Shown: one piece after another, positions 37,458-46,171 of the stretch
Layout: every line of letters starts with the position of its first letter
How positions within the stretch are numbered: the stretch's first letter is position 1
Assembly (NCBI GenBank): GCA_902803375.1
Contig: CADCPN010000027.1
Coordinates: forward strand, 17,549-81,548
Source of the DNA: an uncultured Erysipelotrichaceae bacterium
GTDB taxonomy: Bacteria > Bacillota_I > Bacilli_A > RFN20 > CAG-826
Direction: 5' to 3'
DNA length: 64,000 nt
The notes under the pieces: model-generated
What the model was told of the DNA's origin: nothing
The model's database searches: none
What the model saw: the letters and a program-made list of their open reading frames with translations, nothing else
Program-made: the position numbers and the translations under genes

Positions 37458-38524
37458 CGAGAGAGGAACCAGGCGATCTCCTCGTCGGTCTCCTTTTTGA
37501 TCTGCTTCTTATCGCCGCTAAGATAGACCTTTGTCCACTTGGCAATAAGAGAGAGGGCCTCGTCGATATGGGTGCTTGGCCTCCAGGAGAAGGTCTTCTT
37601 GATCTTGAAGCAATCTAGGCGCAGGAAATTGGCCTCATGGGGCCCGTTGTCGCTCCTCTTCTCCCAGGAGAAACCCTGCCCGTAGATAGCGGAGAATTTG
37701 TCCATGAGCTCGCCGGTGGTGACGCAGTCGACCTCATCGGGGCCGACGTTGTAGTAGCCGGCGTAGGCGAAGTCCTGATACTGCTTCTGGCAGATGAGCA
37801 GATAGGCCAGTAGCGGTTCAAGCACGTGCTGATAGGGGCGGGTACTATTGGGGTTACGGACGAACATCGTCTGCCCCCTCTCGATAGAGCGGACAGCGTC
37901 AGGCAATATGCGGTCAGCGGCGAAATCGCCGCCGCCGATGACGTTGCCGGCCCTCGCGGTCGAGACTGGGAGGCGCCTTTCGTCGAAGAAGGACTTCTTG
38001 TAGGAATGGGTGACCAGCTCGCTGCAGGACTTGGAGTTGGAATAGGGGTCATAGCCGTCGAGGGGCTCATCCTCTTTGAAGGCGTGGGCAGAGTTCTCGG
38101 GGTTATAGTAGACCTTGTCGGTGGTGACATTGAGCAGCGACTTAACGCAAGAGGTGACGCGGACGGCCTCGAGGAGGTTCACCGTGCCCATGACGTTGGT
38201 CTCGTAAGTATAGGCGGGCTCACTGTAGGAGAGCCTTACCAGCGGCTGGGCCGCCAAATGGATGACGATTTCGGGCTGATATTGCTCGATCGCGGCCTTT
38301 AGCTTTTCATAGTCGCGGACGTCGCCCTCGATGCTCACCATCCTCTCCTTCAGCCCCAATAGGTCGAAGAGGGAGGGGGAGGTCGGGGCGGGAAGAGCGT
38401 AGCCGACGACCTTGGCACCGAAGATAAGCAGCATCTCGCAGAGCCAGCTTCCCTTAAAGCCGGTATGGCCGGTCACGAAGACCGTTTTGCCTTTATAGAA
38501 GTCAGGGTTGAATCCGTTAATCAT
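37454..38524 (-). CDS. rfbG: CDP-glucose 4,6-dehydratase
   Basis: VFVTGHTGFKGSWL and YSNSKSCSE (YxxxK). 356 aa, lying between rfbF and the SDR. Confidence 0.9.
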   Translation of the reverse strand: MINGFNPDFYKGKTVFVTGHTGFKGSWLCEMLLIFGAKVVGYALPAPTSPSLFDLLGLKERMVSIEGDVRDYEKLKAAIEQYQPEIVIHLAAQPLVRLSYSEPAYTYETNVMGTVNLLEAVRVTSCVKSLLNVTTDKVYYNPENSAHAFKEDEPLDGYDPYSNSKSCSELVTHSYKKSFFDERRLPVSTARAGNVIGGGDFAADRILPDAVRSIERGQTMFVRNPNSTRPYQHVLEPLLAYLLICQKQYQDFAYAGYYNVGPDEVDCVTTGELMDKFSAIYGQGFSWEKRSDNGPHEANFLRLDCFKIKKTFSWRPSTHIDEALSLIAKWTKVYLSGDKKQIKKETDEEIAWFLSR

Positions 38525-39293
38525 TCCAAACCTTCCATGGCGCGTTGCCGCTATTCCAGATCTCCTCGAGCTCGTCCTTGTCGCGCTTGGTGTCCATGCA
38601 ATGCCAGAAGCCCTTGTGGAGGTAGGCGTTCATCTGCCCATCGGCGACGAGGGCCTCCATCGGGGCCTTTTCGAAGGCGGTCTTGTCGCCCTCAATGTAG
38701 TCGAAGACCTCGGGCTCGCAGACCATGAAGCCGCCGTTGATGACGGCCCCGTCGACGTCGCTCTTCTCGCGGAAGGAAGCGACCTCGCCTTTGGAGTTGA
38801 CGTCTAAGACGCCCTTGCTCTGGGCCACGGAGACGGCAGAGATGGTTAAGATCTTGCCAGACTTCTTATGGAAGTCGATGAGGGCGTTGAGGTCGACGTC
38901 GGAGACGCCATCGCCATAGGTGAGCAAAAACGGCTCGTTGCCGACATACTTCTTCGCGCGTTTGATGCGGCCGCCGGTCATGGTGTTCAGCCCGGTATCG
39001 AGGACGGTGACCTTCCATGGCTCCGCGTACTGCTTGTGGACGAGGACCTTGTTGTTCTTCATGTCGAAGGTGACGTCGCTATGGTGAAGGAAGTAATTCT
39101 GGAAGTACTCCTTGAGGACGTATTGCTTATAGCCGCCGAGGATGACGAACTCGTTGAAGCCGAAGGAAGAATAGTACTTCATGATGTGCCAGAGGATCGG
39201 CGCGCCGCCGATCTCGACCATCGGCTTTGGCTTGTATTGGCTCTCCTCGGAGATGCGGGTGCCGTAGCCGCCCGCCAAAATCAAAACTTTCAT
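38517..39293 (-). CDS. rfbF: Glucose-1-phosphate cytidylyltransferase
   Basis: MKVLILAGGYGTRISEES..KPKPMVEIGGAPILWHIMK, 258 aa, typical RfbF/DdhA. Confidence 0.92.
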   Translation of the reverse strand: MKVLILAGGYGTRISEESQYKPKPMVEIGGAPILWHIMKYYSSFGFNEFVILGGYKQYVLKEYFQNYFLHHSDVTFDMKNNKVLVHKQYAEPWKVTVLDTGLNTMTGGRIKRAKKYVGNEPFLLTYGDGVSDVDLNALIDFHKKSGKILTISAVSVAQSKGVLDVNSKGEVASFREKSDVDGAVINGGFMVCEPEVFDYIEGDKTAFEKAPMEALVADGQMNAYLHKGFWHCMDTKRDKDELEEIWNSGNAPWKVWND

Positions 39294-39315
39294 TGCTTTT
39301 CCCTATTGTTTTCCC

Positions 39316-40632
39316 TTACTTGGCGAAGAACTCGTGGATGGCTGCTGCCATGTCGGCGATCATCTCCTTGCTCATGCCGGGGTAGACGCCAAGCCAGAAG
39401 GTGCTGTTCATGATGATGTCGGTGTTAGAGAGGCTGCCGACGACGCGGTAGCCTTCGCCCGTCCTCCTCATCTCGTCAAAGCAAGGATGGCGAATGAGGT
39501 TGCCGGCGAAGAGGTTGCGGGTCTGGATGCCCTTCTTCTCGAGGAAGGCGGTGAGCTCGTTGCGGTTAACGCCTTCTTTGCAGGTGATGCAGAAGCCGAA
39601 CCAGGAGGGGTCGCTGTTCTTTTCGGCAACAGGAAGGATCAGCTTGTCCTCTAGGTCCTCAAGCTGGGAATGGAGGTCGGCCCAGTTCTCCTTGCGGCGC
39701 GTCACGATGGAAGGGAGGCGATGGAGCTGAGCTAGGCCGATAGCGGCCTGCATCTCGGTGACCTTAAGGTTATAGCCGAATTCGGAATAGACGTATTTGT
39801 GGTCGTAGCCGAAGGGGAGCTCGCCGTATTGCCCGGAGAACCTCTTGCCGCAGGAGTTATCGACGCCCGGGGCACAGGAGCAATCGCGTCCCCAGTCGCG
39901 GAAGGCCTTAATGACCTTGCCTAGCAACGGGTTATTGGTGTAGACGGCTCCGCCCTCGCCCATGGTCATGTGGTGGGCCGGATAGAAAGAGGAGGTTCCG
40001 ATGTCGCCCCAAGCGCCGGTTTTGCGGGTGACGCCATCGATGGTATACTCGCTGCCCATGGCGTCGCAGTTGTCCTCAATGAGCCAGAGGTTGTGCTTGC
40101 GGCAGAACTCCTTGACGGCTTTGAGGTTGAACGGGTTGCCCAAGGTGTGGGCGATCATGACGGCCTTGGTCTTCTTGGAAAGGGCGGATTCGAGCTTGGT
40201 GACGTCGATGTCGTAGCTTGGGATAGTGACGTCGACGAAGACGGGGACGGCGCCATAGTTGATGATCGGGGAGACGGTGGTCGGGAAGCCGGCGGCGACG
40301 GTGATGACCTCATCCCCGCGCTTGACTCTCCTCTCGCCCAAGGAGGTGGAGGTGAGGGCCATGAAGGCTAGAAGGTTGGCGCTGGAGCCAGAGGTGGTCA
40401 GCAATGCGGTGTGGACGCCCATGTACTCGGCTAGCTCCTTCTCAAGCTGAGCGTGGTATTTGCCGGCGGTGAGCCAGAAGTCGAGGACGGCGTCGACGCC
40501 AAGGAGAAGCTCCTCCTGGCCGAAGACGCGGCCCGCATAGCGGATCTTATCCCCGGTCTTATACTCCTTCTCCTGGAAGTTCTCTTTGAAATATTCAATT
40601 ACATCAGCGTGGATTTTGTCGCGATTCTGCAT
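39316..40632 (-). CDS. rfbH: CDP-6-deoxy-L-threo-D-glycero-4-hexulose-3-dehydrase (E1; RfbH/DdhC)
   Basis: Near-collinear with recalled Salmonella RfbH (TTSGSSANLLA, VITVAAGFPTTV, FYPAHHMTMGEGG, RDWGRDCSCAPGVDNSCGKRF, SDPSWFGF, NLFAGNLIRHP). Confidence 0.92.
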   Translation of the reverse strand: MQNRDKIHADVIEYFKENFQEKEYKTGDKIRYAGRVFGQEELLLGVDAVLDFWLTAGKYHAQLEKELAEYMGVHTALLTTSGSSANLLAFMALTSTSLGERRVKRGDEVITVAAGFPTTVSPIINYGAVPVFVDVTIPSYDIDVTKLESALSKKTKAVMIAHTLGNPFNLKAVKEFCRKHNLWLIEDNCDAMGSEYTIDGVTRKTGAWGDIGTSSFYPAHHMTMGEGGAVYTNNPLLGKVIKAFRDWGRDCSCAPGVDNSCGKRFSGQYGELPFGYDHKYVYSEFGYNLKVTEMQAAIGLAQLHRLPSIVTRRKENWADLHSQLEDLEDKLILPVAEKNSDPSWFGFCITCKEGVNRNELTAFLEKKGIQTRNLFAGNLIRHPCFDEMRRTGEGYRVVGSLSNTDIIMNSTFWLGVYPGMSKEMIADMAAAIHEFFAK

Positions 40633-40715
40633 AGAAAAAGCTCCTAATAAACGTGGCCATTGTACTACGCAATCCCTTCTCTTTCACCTTACATTTTATG
40701 TAAGGGAAAGGCGGG

Positions 40716-40743
40716 AAAGAAAAAGCCCGCCAAAACGGCGGGC
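40716..40743 (-). terminator. Intrinsic terminator after the GT2 gene, separating it from the rfb cassette
   Basis: On the minus strand: GCCCGCC-GTTTT-GGCGGGC followed by TTTTTCTTT. Confidence 0.85.
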
Positions 40744-40795
40744 GCAAACGTTTACTTAGCCAAATATCGATGTTTTGGCTTAAAAAACTTTTTTC

Positions 40796-41755
40796 TTACT
40801 TGGCGTTTTCGAAGTTGATCCTCTCTTCTTCGATGACAAGTGGCCTATTGAGCACGCGGGTGTTGATCTGGAGGACGTACTCTCCGAGGATGCCAAGGAA
40901 GAACAAGACGATGCCGCCGACCATGCCGATCGTCGAGAGGATCGGATAAAGGTGCGCCGGGTGGATGCCGTTAGTGCCAATGGCGATGAAGAGGAAGACA
41001 AGGTAGACAAGCAGGCCGATGAAACCAAGGGCATTAAGGGCGACGCCGACGAAAGTCGCGGCGCGAAGGAAGAACTTCGAATAGCTGGTGATGCCATTCA
41101 TCGCCATATCGTAAAGGGTGAAGAAGTTGTTCTTAGTCTTGCCAGCGCGCCTTTCGGGCTGGGTGTAATCGATGAAGGTCATCTTGAAGCCAAGCTCGGC
41201 GACGATGCCTCTCATATATGGGTAGGGGTCATCAAGGGAAGCAAGGACCTTGATGAAAGACTGGTCATAGAGGCCGAATCCGGTGAAGTTCTCAATCTGC
41301 TCGACGTCAGAGACCCTATGGATGATGTGGTAATAGAGCTTGCGGATAGAGTTGACGAAGGGGTTGGTCTTGGACTTGTTCTTGACGCCGACGATAACGC
41401 GATATCCCTCTTCCCACTTCTTCACGAAATCCGGGATGAGCTCCGGGGGGTCCTGGAAGTCGGCGCACATAAGCATGACAAGGTCGCCGCTAGCCTGGGT
41501 AAGAGCGTAATAGGGGGAGCGGATGTGGCCAAAGTTTTTGGCGTTGAGGATAGCTTTGATCGACTTATCCTTCTCGCAAAGGAGGCGGATTTTGTCTCTG
41601 GTGCCATCGGTGGAGTAGTTATCGATGATGAGGATCTCGAGGTTATAGGAAGGTAGCTTCTCCTCGGCGACTTTCTTGATCGCCACGGTGAGCGGTTCAA
41701 TATTTTCAATTTCGTTATAGCAGGGAATAACGATTGTCAGAGTCTTTTTGTCCAT
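40796..41755 (-). CDS. GT2 polyprenyl-phosphate glycosyltransferase (GtrB/ArnC/DPM1-like) with two C-terminal TM helices
   Basis: LTIVIPCYNE, IIDNYSTDGT and MCADFQDPPE (DxD-like) are present. The C-terminal hydrophobic pair gives the GtrB topology. The start is set at Met 41755. Confidence 0.85.
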   Translation of the reverse strand: MDKKTLTIVIPCYNEIENIEPLTVAIKKVAEEKLPSYNLEILIIDNYSTDGTRDKIRLLCEKDKSIKAILNAKNFGHIRSPYYALTQASGDLVMLMCADFQDPPELIPDFVKKWEEGYRVIVGVKNKSKTNPFVNSIRKLYYHIIHRVSDVEQIENFTGFGLYDQSFIKVLASLDDPYPYMRGIVAELGFKMTFIDYTQPERRAGKTKNNFFTLYDMAMNGITSYSKFFLRAATFVGVALNALGFIGLLVYLVFLFIAIGTNGIHPAHLYPILSTIGMVGGIVLFFLGILGEYVLQINTRVLNRPLVIEEERINFENAK

Positions 41756-41818
41756 ATATCTAAAATCTAATGCAAAAAGCAAAAGGCGTGTAGATTATAC
41801 CCGCCTTTATCGATTTTG

Positions 41819-43171
41819 CTAGGCAATATTGTCGCCCAACTCTTTTGGCGCTTTCTCTTCTATAGAAGAGGGCGTCTGCTTGGCCAACGCGGTTTCCGCT
41901 TCTTCTTTGCGCAATAGCAGCTTGATTAGGTCATAGACGGAGACACCGAAGAGGATGGCGTTGGCGGTCGCCCCGAAGAAGGCAAGATGCCAAACCAGGG
42001 GGAAGGGCTGCGCGAGGATTAGCAGGCAAATGACATATAGCGCCTTCCTATTGAAGGGAAGCTCATCCCAACGCTGGATTAAGAGCAATCCGACATAGGT
42101 GTAGAAGATGAAGACGTAGGAGTAAGAGATGGTCTGGAAGAGCAAATAGCAGCCAATCAATAGCAGCGTATACGGCATCACGTCCCCCTTCTTTCTGGGG
42201 AAGAAGGATAAGACGACGGTGACGAGAATCACTAATCCAGATAAGATGGTGGATAGCACTTTCTCCGCCTTGGAGAAGTCGACTTTGAATATCTGCTGCA
42301 GCACCCAGAAGAACTTGGCGACGAAGTTATCGACGGAGACGTTGCTGGCGCCTAATCCCCTTCCTTCTGAGCCGAATCCCAAGACGTTATTGACGAATAG
42401 CGGGATATTGGAGAAACCGCCTTCGACGAGCAAAAACGGCAAAAAGACGAGGGATGCGGTATAGAAAGCGGTGCGGAGGAGGGCGAAGAACTTTCTCTCC
42501 CTGATGAAGACGAGGGCGAGGATGATCGGGTAGATCTTGATGGCGATCGCTCCGGCTAAGGCGAGATAGGAGAGCTCTCTCACCCACCACTTATCGGAGT
42601 CCTTATATAGGAAGAAGATAAGGGCAAATAGGAAGGTCGTGGTCATGACGTTGCCTCGGCCAAAGCAAAAGAATACGCCAGAATGAAGGCTACTCGCCGC
42701 CAAGAAATAGATGAGGTCTTTCCCTTTTAGTTTGCTCCATTTGCCAAGCAAGAAGAGGATGAGGACGAGGTGAACGACGAAATAGAGGAGGTAAGTCCAG
42801 TAGTAAAGGGGGTCCTGGTAGCAGTAATCAAGGCTGATCTCGCCATTGATGTACTTCAAGACCGAAGGCTTTGCGATAAGGGCAAAAGGGTAAAGGACCA
42901 TATAGGCAAAGGGGAGATAGATGGTCCACCTTTCCTCTCCCGAGGCCCAGTAGCCTTTATAAGGGTTGGCTGCATAGATATAGCTAAGCGTCTCCATGAA
43001 GTCGCTGGTCGTGAAGGTGCCGATGAGCAATAGCCAAGGATGGTTGACGCCAGGGACCATATAGATCGCGGTGGCGATGAGGGCCATGATCATTCCCACG
43101 AGGCCAAAATAGAAATAGGCTTTCAGGAAATAGGGCTGCGTCAGGTATTTTTTTAGCGTTTGCATTTTCAT
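41819..43171 (-). CDS. Polytopic membrane protein (10 or more TM); candidate GT-C glycosyltransferase or Wzy/EpsG-like polymerase
   Basis: About 450 aa and hydrophobic throughout. The start is set at MKMQTLKK (43171), because the track start at 43342 overlaps the HAD gene. No catalytic motif confidently recognised. Confidence 0.55.
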   Translation of the reverse strand: MKMQTLKKYLTQPYFLKAYFYFGLVGMIMALIATAIYMVPGVNHPWLLLIGTFTTSDFMETLSYIYAANPYKGYWASGEERWTIYLPFAYMVLYPFALIAKPSVLKYINGEISLDYCYQDPLYYWTYLLYFVVHLVLILFLLGKWSKLKGKDLIYFLAASSLHSGVFFCFGRGNVMTTTFLFALIFFLYKDSDKWWVRELSYLALAGAIAIKIYPIILALVFIRERKFFALLRTAFYTASLVFLPFLLVEGGFSNIPLFVNNVLGFGSEGRGLGASNVSVDNFVAKFFWVLQQIFKVDFSKAEKVLSTILSGLVILVTVVLSFFPRKKGDVMPYTLLLIGCYLLFQTISYSYVFIFYTYVGLLLIQRWDELPFNRKALYVICLLILAQPFPLVWHLAFFGATANAILFGVSVYDLIKLLLRKEEAETALAKQTPSSIEEKAPKELGDNIA

Positions 43172-43229
43172 TTCCGTTCGTGTTACCGACAAATTAAACC
43201 ACCAAAGCCAGCTTATTTGTACCAGATAT

Positions 43230-44252
43230 TTATTTGATGAAGTGGGAGATGGCATAAGCAACGCCATGCTCGGTGACGGGTTTGGTGATGAATTCGGCCT
43301 TTTCCTTAACTTCGGGGATGGCGTTTCCCATCGCGATGCCATGGAAGGAGGCGATCATCTTGATGTCGTTACCTTCATCGCCAAAACAATACACGTCCTC
43401 CTTCTTTACGCCAAGAATCTTCGCAAGCTCGAGGACGCCGGTGGCTTTGTCGCTGCCTTTAGGGAGGATCTCGAGATAGCAGGGGTCGCTTCTGACGACA
43501 TCGCAATTGCAGAGCACATAGTCATCGAATTCGATTTTGGCGGACTTGCTAGCGCTGGCGCAGACCATGATCTTGAGGCAGGTGAAGTCTTTCTCCCCTT
43601 CCTTGATGATGCGTAGCTTCTCCGGTGGGATGTGGTTGCAGCTGCTCTCGGCATCGCACCAATGGTTCTTTCGGAAGGCGACCATGCCGGAGTTATCGTC
43701 ATAGCCATAGACCTCGACCTCGTCGTTTCCATAGTGAGAATGGACATAGGTCAGCATTTCCGGATCAAGGGAGTTCTTATAGAGCTCTTCGCCATCATAG
43801 GAGAAGATCGCGGTGCCGTTAGCGGTGGCCGCAAATTTTTTGCCATCGCGGAAGCGCTTCAGATAGTCCTGCAAGGAGGATAGCGGCCTGCCGGAAGCCA
43901 AGACGATGGCATCGCCTCTAGAAAGGAGGGAATCAATCGCGAAGATGTCTTCTTCGGCAATGCGGGTGGAACCGCTAGGGAGCAGAGTTCCGTCGATGTC
44001 AAAAGCGAATAGTCTCATAACGACGGCTACTATAGCAAAAAAGGGACGCTCTCTATAGAGAAAGCGGTCCCAAAAGGCTGAGGCGTTAGGCTTTTCCTCT
44101 TCTTTTGCTGCCCTAGCTTCAGCTTTCCGCTTTTCCTTAAGTTCGTTGCGGCTATCGGCGTAATAAAAGAAACCGGTGGAGCATAGCGGCGCGATAAGCA
44201 AGAGGTAGAACATCATCAAAATGGCATAGGCTAGCAGGGAGGCCAAATGCAT
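43230..44252 (-). CDS. Cof-type HAD-IIB phosphatase with an N-terminal TM/charged extension (alternative start 44018)
   Basis: RLFAFDIDGTLL (motif I), LASGRP, and FGDEGNDIKM (motif IV). The first 78 aa (MHLASLLAYAILMMFYLLLIAPL..KEKRKAEARAAKEEEK) are not part of the HAD fold. Confidence 0.8.
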   Translation of the reverse strand: MHLASLLAYAILMMFYLLLIAPLCSTGFFYYADSRNELKEKRKAEARAAKEEEKPNASAFWDRFLYRERPFFAIVAVVMRLFAFDIDGTLLPSGSTRIAEEDIFAIDSLLSRGDAIVLASGRPLSSLQDYLKRFRDGKKFAATANGTAIFSYDGEELYKNSLDPEMLTYVHSHYGNDEVEVYGYDDNSGMVAFRKNHWCDAESSCNHIPPEKLRIIKEGEKDFTCLKIMVCASASKSAKIEFDDYVLCNCDVVRSDPCYLEILPKGSDKATGVLELAKILGVKKEDVYCFGDEGNDIKMIASFHGIAMGNAIPEVKEKAEFITKPVTEHGVAYAISHFIK

Positions 44253-44443
44253 TTGCTGTCACCTACCAGCCATCCGTGTTGGAAAAAAACCAAGAATGCC
44301 GGCGCCGAAATAGGCGATATTGCTAACGGCGAAAACGGCAAACACCACGGCCATAAGCAGCGCCAGGCATTTTTTTGGCGAAGAAGGCAAAGAGGGGCAA
44401 CCCAACGATCACAACACAAGGGTCAATAGCAACTGAAAAAAGA

Positions 44444-44487
44444 TAGAAAAAGAGAGGCCTCATGCGTTTGGGGAGCATAAGACCTCT
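44444..44487 (-). terminator. Probable intrinsic terminator after the repeat lipoprotein gene
   Basis: On the minus strand: AGAGGTCTTATGC-loop-GCATGAGGCCTCT (two G-U pairs) followed by CTTTTTC. Confidence 0.55.
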
Positions 44488-44512
44488 TTAAGCATCGAAG
44501 GTTTGCTGTCGC

Positions 44513-46021
44513 TTAGGCGACGTAGACCGCGATCTTATCGATGCGGATCTGATTAGAGGCAGCAGTGACGCTGATGGCGGCACCATCGCTGGAGGCAACC
44601 TGATAGACGCGCTCTTCTACCTTAGTGGCGGATGGGCAAGCGGCCTCGAAGGCGGTGACATAGTCAGACTTCATCTTATCGATGGTAACGACGAAGCCTT
44701 TGAAGGTGCCTTCGGTGGCGGAGACTTCGAAGGAAGAGCCCTGATAAACTCTCATCGCATGGCCATTGTTGAACAAAACTGCCTTTTTGCCATCATAAGG
44801 GGTGGTGGACTTCAAGACGACCTTGGCCTTATTGGAGGTGAAGGTGATGGTTTTGTTACCATCGGTAAGCTCCGGATTTAGGTTTTGAGAATAATCGATG
44901 GTATAGGCGGTGCCTTCTAGGCTGCCAGAGGGGGCGGTGGTGCCGCCGGTGGTGCCGGCATCGCCACCAGTAGAGCCGGCATCGGTCTTGGCAAGGACGA
45001 CGCCCTTAGACGGAGTGCCTTCTTCGTAATAGACCTTGAGGCTATAAATGGAGATGGTGTGGTTATCAGAGGTATTGAGGATATAGACGTTATCGACCGG
45101 GGCGGAGGGGGTATAGGTATAGACCTTGCCGGATTTGTTGCTGCTATCAACGGCCGGGGCGTGCTCGATCTTGGCTCCGGTGTTGTCGGTGCCGGCATAG
45201 ACGGTAAAGTTATCATAGGTGCCGAAGACGTCGATGACGACCTTGGTAATCTTAGAGATGCCAAGGGTTTTGGCATAGGTAGCGCCTCTATCGAAGGTGA
45301 TCTCATTGGCATACTTGGTGTTCTGCGCGACGCCGGAGATCTCGAAGCCAGTCGGATCGGCGACGGTGGAAGGATCAAGGGTGACGTGCTTTGCGCTGTC
45401 TTCCGGATCGGTATCGCCGCCGGTGGAGCCGGTATCGGTCTTGATGACGCCTGCGGAAGGGGTACCCTCGGAATAGGTGACTTCTAGATTGAAGAGTTGG
45501 ACGGCGTGGGTGCCGCTCTCCTCGGCGTTATCGATGAAGATACTATCGACCGGGGAAGCGGGGGTGTAGACGTACTGTTTGCCGCCTTTGTATGTGCTTT
45601 CGCCTGCTCCTGCATGATTGATGAGAGTGCCATTAGCATCGGTGCCGGCATAGACCTTGAGGTTATCATAGGTGCCGAAGACATCGATGACGACCTTGGA
45701 AATCTTCTTGACGCCGAGAGTCTTGATGTAGGAATGGTTGGCCTTCATCGTGAACTCGGTGGTGTATTTGGTGTTCGGGACGACCTTATATAGCTCGAAG
45801 CCAGTCGGATTGCTGACGTTCGACGGGTTGAGGGTAATGGTCTTCTTGGCCACGGGCTCAGTGGATTCGCCCGAGGCGACCTGACTAGATGGGACTTCAG
45901 GATTGACCTGAATGGACCGGGTTTCGGATTTGACTTCGGAGTTAGCGGACTCTGCGTTGCCGCAAGCGGCAAGGCCCAGGATCATTCCTGCGGATAAAGC
46001 AAGTAGAATACTCTTTTTCAT
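44513..46021 (-). CDS. Surface lipoprotein with two tandem domains of about 150 aa
   Basis: MKKSILLALSAGMILGLAACGN (lipobox LAAC). It contains an internal duplication (see the repeat feature). Confidence 0.8.
   Translation of the reverse strand: MKKSILLALSAGMILGLAACGNAESANSEVKSETRSIQVNPEVPSSQVASGESTEPVAKKTITLNPSNVSNPTGFELYKVVPNTKYTTEFTMKANHSYIKTLGVKKISKVVIDVFGTYDNLKVYAGTDANGTLINHAGAGESTYKGGKQYVYTPASPVDSIFIDNAEESGTHAVQLFNLEVTYSEGTPSAGVIKTDTGSTGGDTDPEDSAKHVTLDPSTVADPTGFEISGVAQNTKYANEITFDRGATYAKTLGISKITKVVIDVFGTYDNFTVYAGTDNTGAKIEHAPAVDSSNKSGKVYTYTPSAPVDNVYILNTSDNHTISIYSLKVYYEEGTPSKGVVLAKTDAGSTGGDAGTTGGTTAPSGSLEGTAYTIDYSQNLNPELTDGNKTITFTSNKAKVVLKSTTPYDGKKAVLFNNGHAMRVYQGSSFEVSATEGTFKGFVVTIDKMKSDYVTAFEAACPSATKVEERVYQVASSDGAAISVTAASNQIRIDKIAVYVA
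44950..45850 (-). repeat. Intragenic tandem duplication (2 x about 450 nt)
   Basis: The protein repeats run from LNPSNVSNPTGFE (copy 1) or LDPSTVADPTGFE (copy 2) through KVVIDVFGTYDN to YSEGTPS or YEEGTPS. ttatcataggtgccgaagacgtcgatgacgaccttgg at about 45214 recurs with one mismatch at about 45664. Confidence 0.85.
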
Positions 46022-46171
46022 TTAATTGATTTCCTCCCTAATGCATTAACCTGCGTAAATGATAGCACGGATAAAACGACATTTTTATATGGATTTGGGG
46101 TTGCTGTTTCGTTTCAGAAAAGCGACGAAGAATCGCAGCAATTTGCTTCCGCATCGGTTTTTGGCTAACGA

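Noticed and set aside
44259-44261. Possibility that TGA is read as Trp (Mollicutes genetic code 4), which would join the upstream hydrophobic frame to the HAD ORF.
   Set aside because: Many genes in the window terminate at TGA, including the ATGA-coupled sensor/regulator genes and the membrane genes. The long conserved ORFs (dnaE, polA, thrS, glgP) contain no in-frame TGA. The standard code fits.
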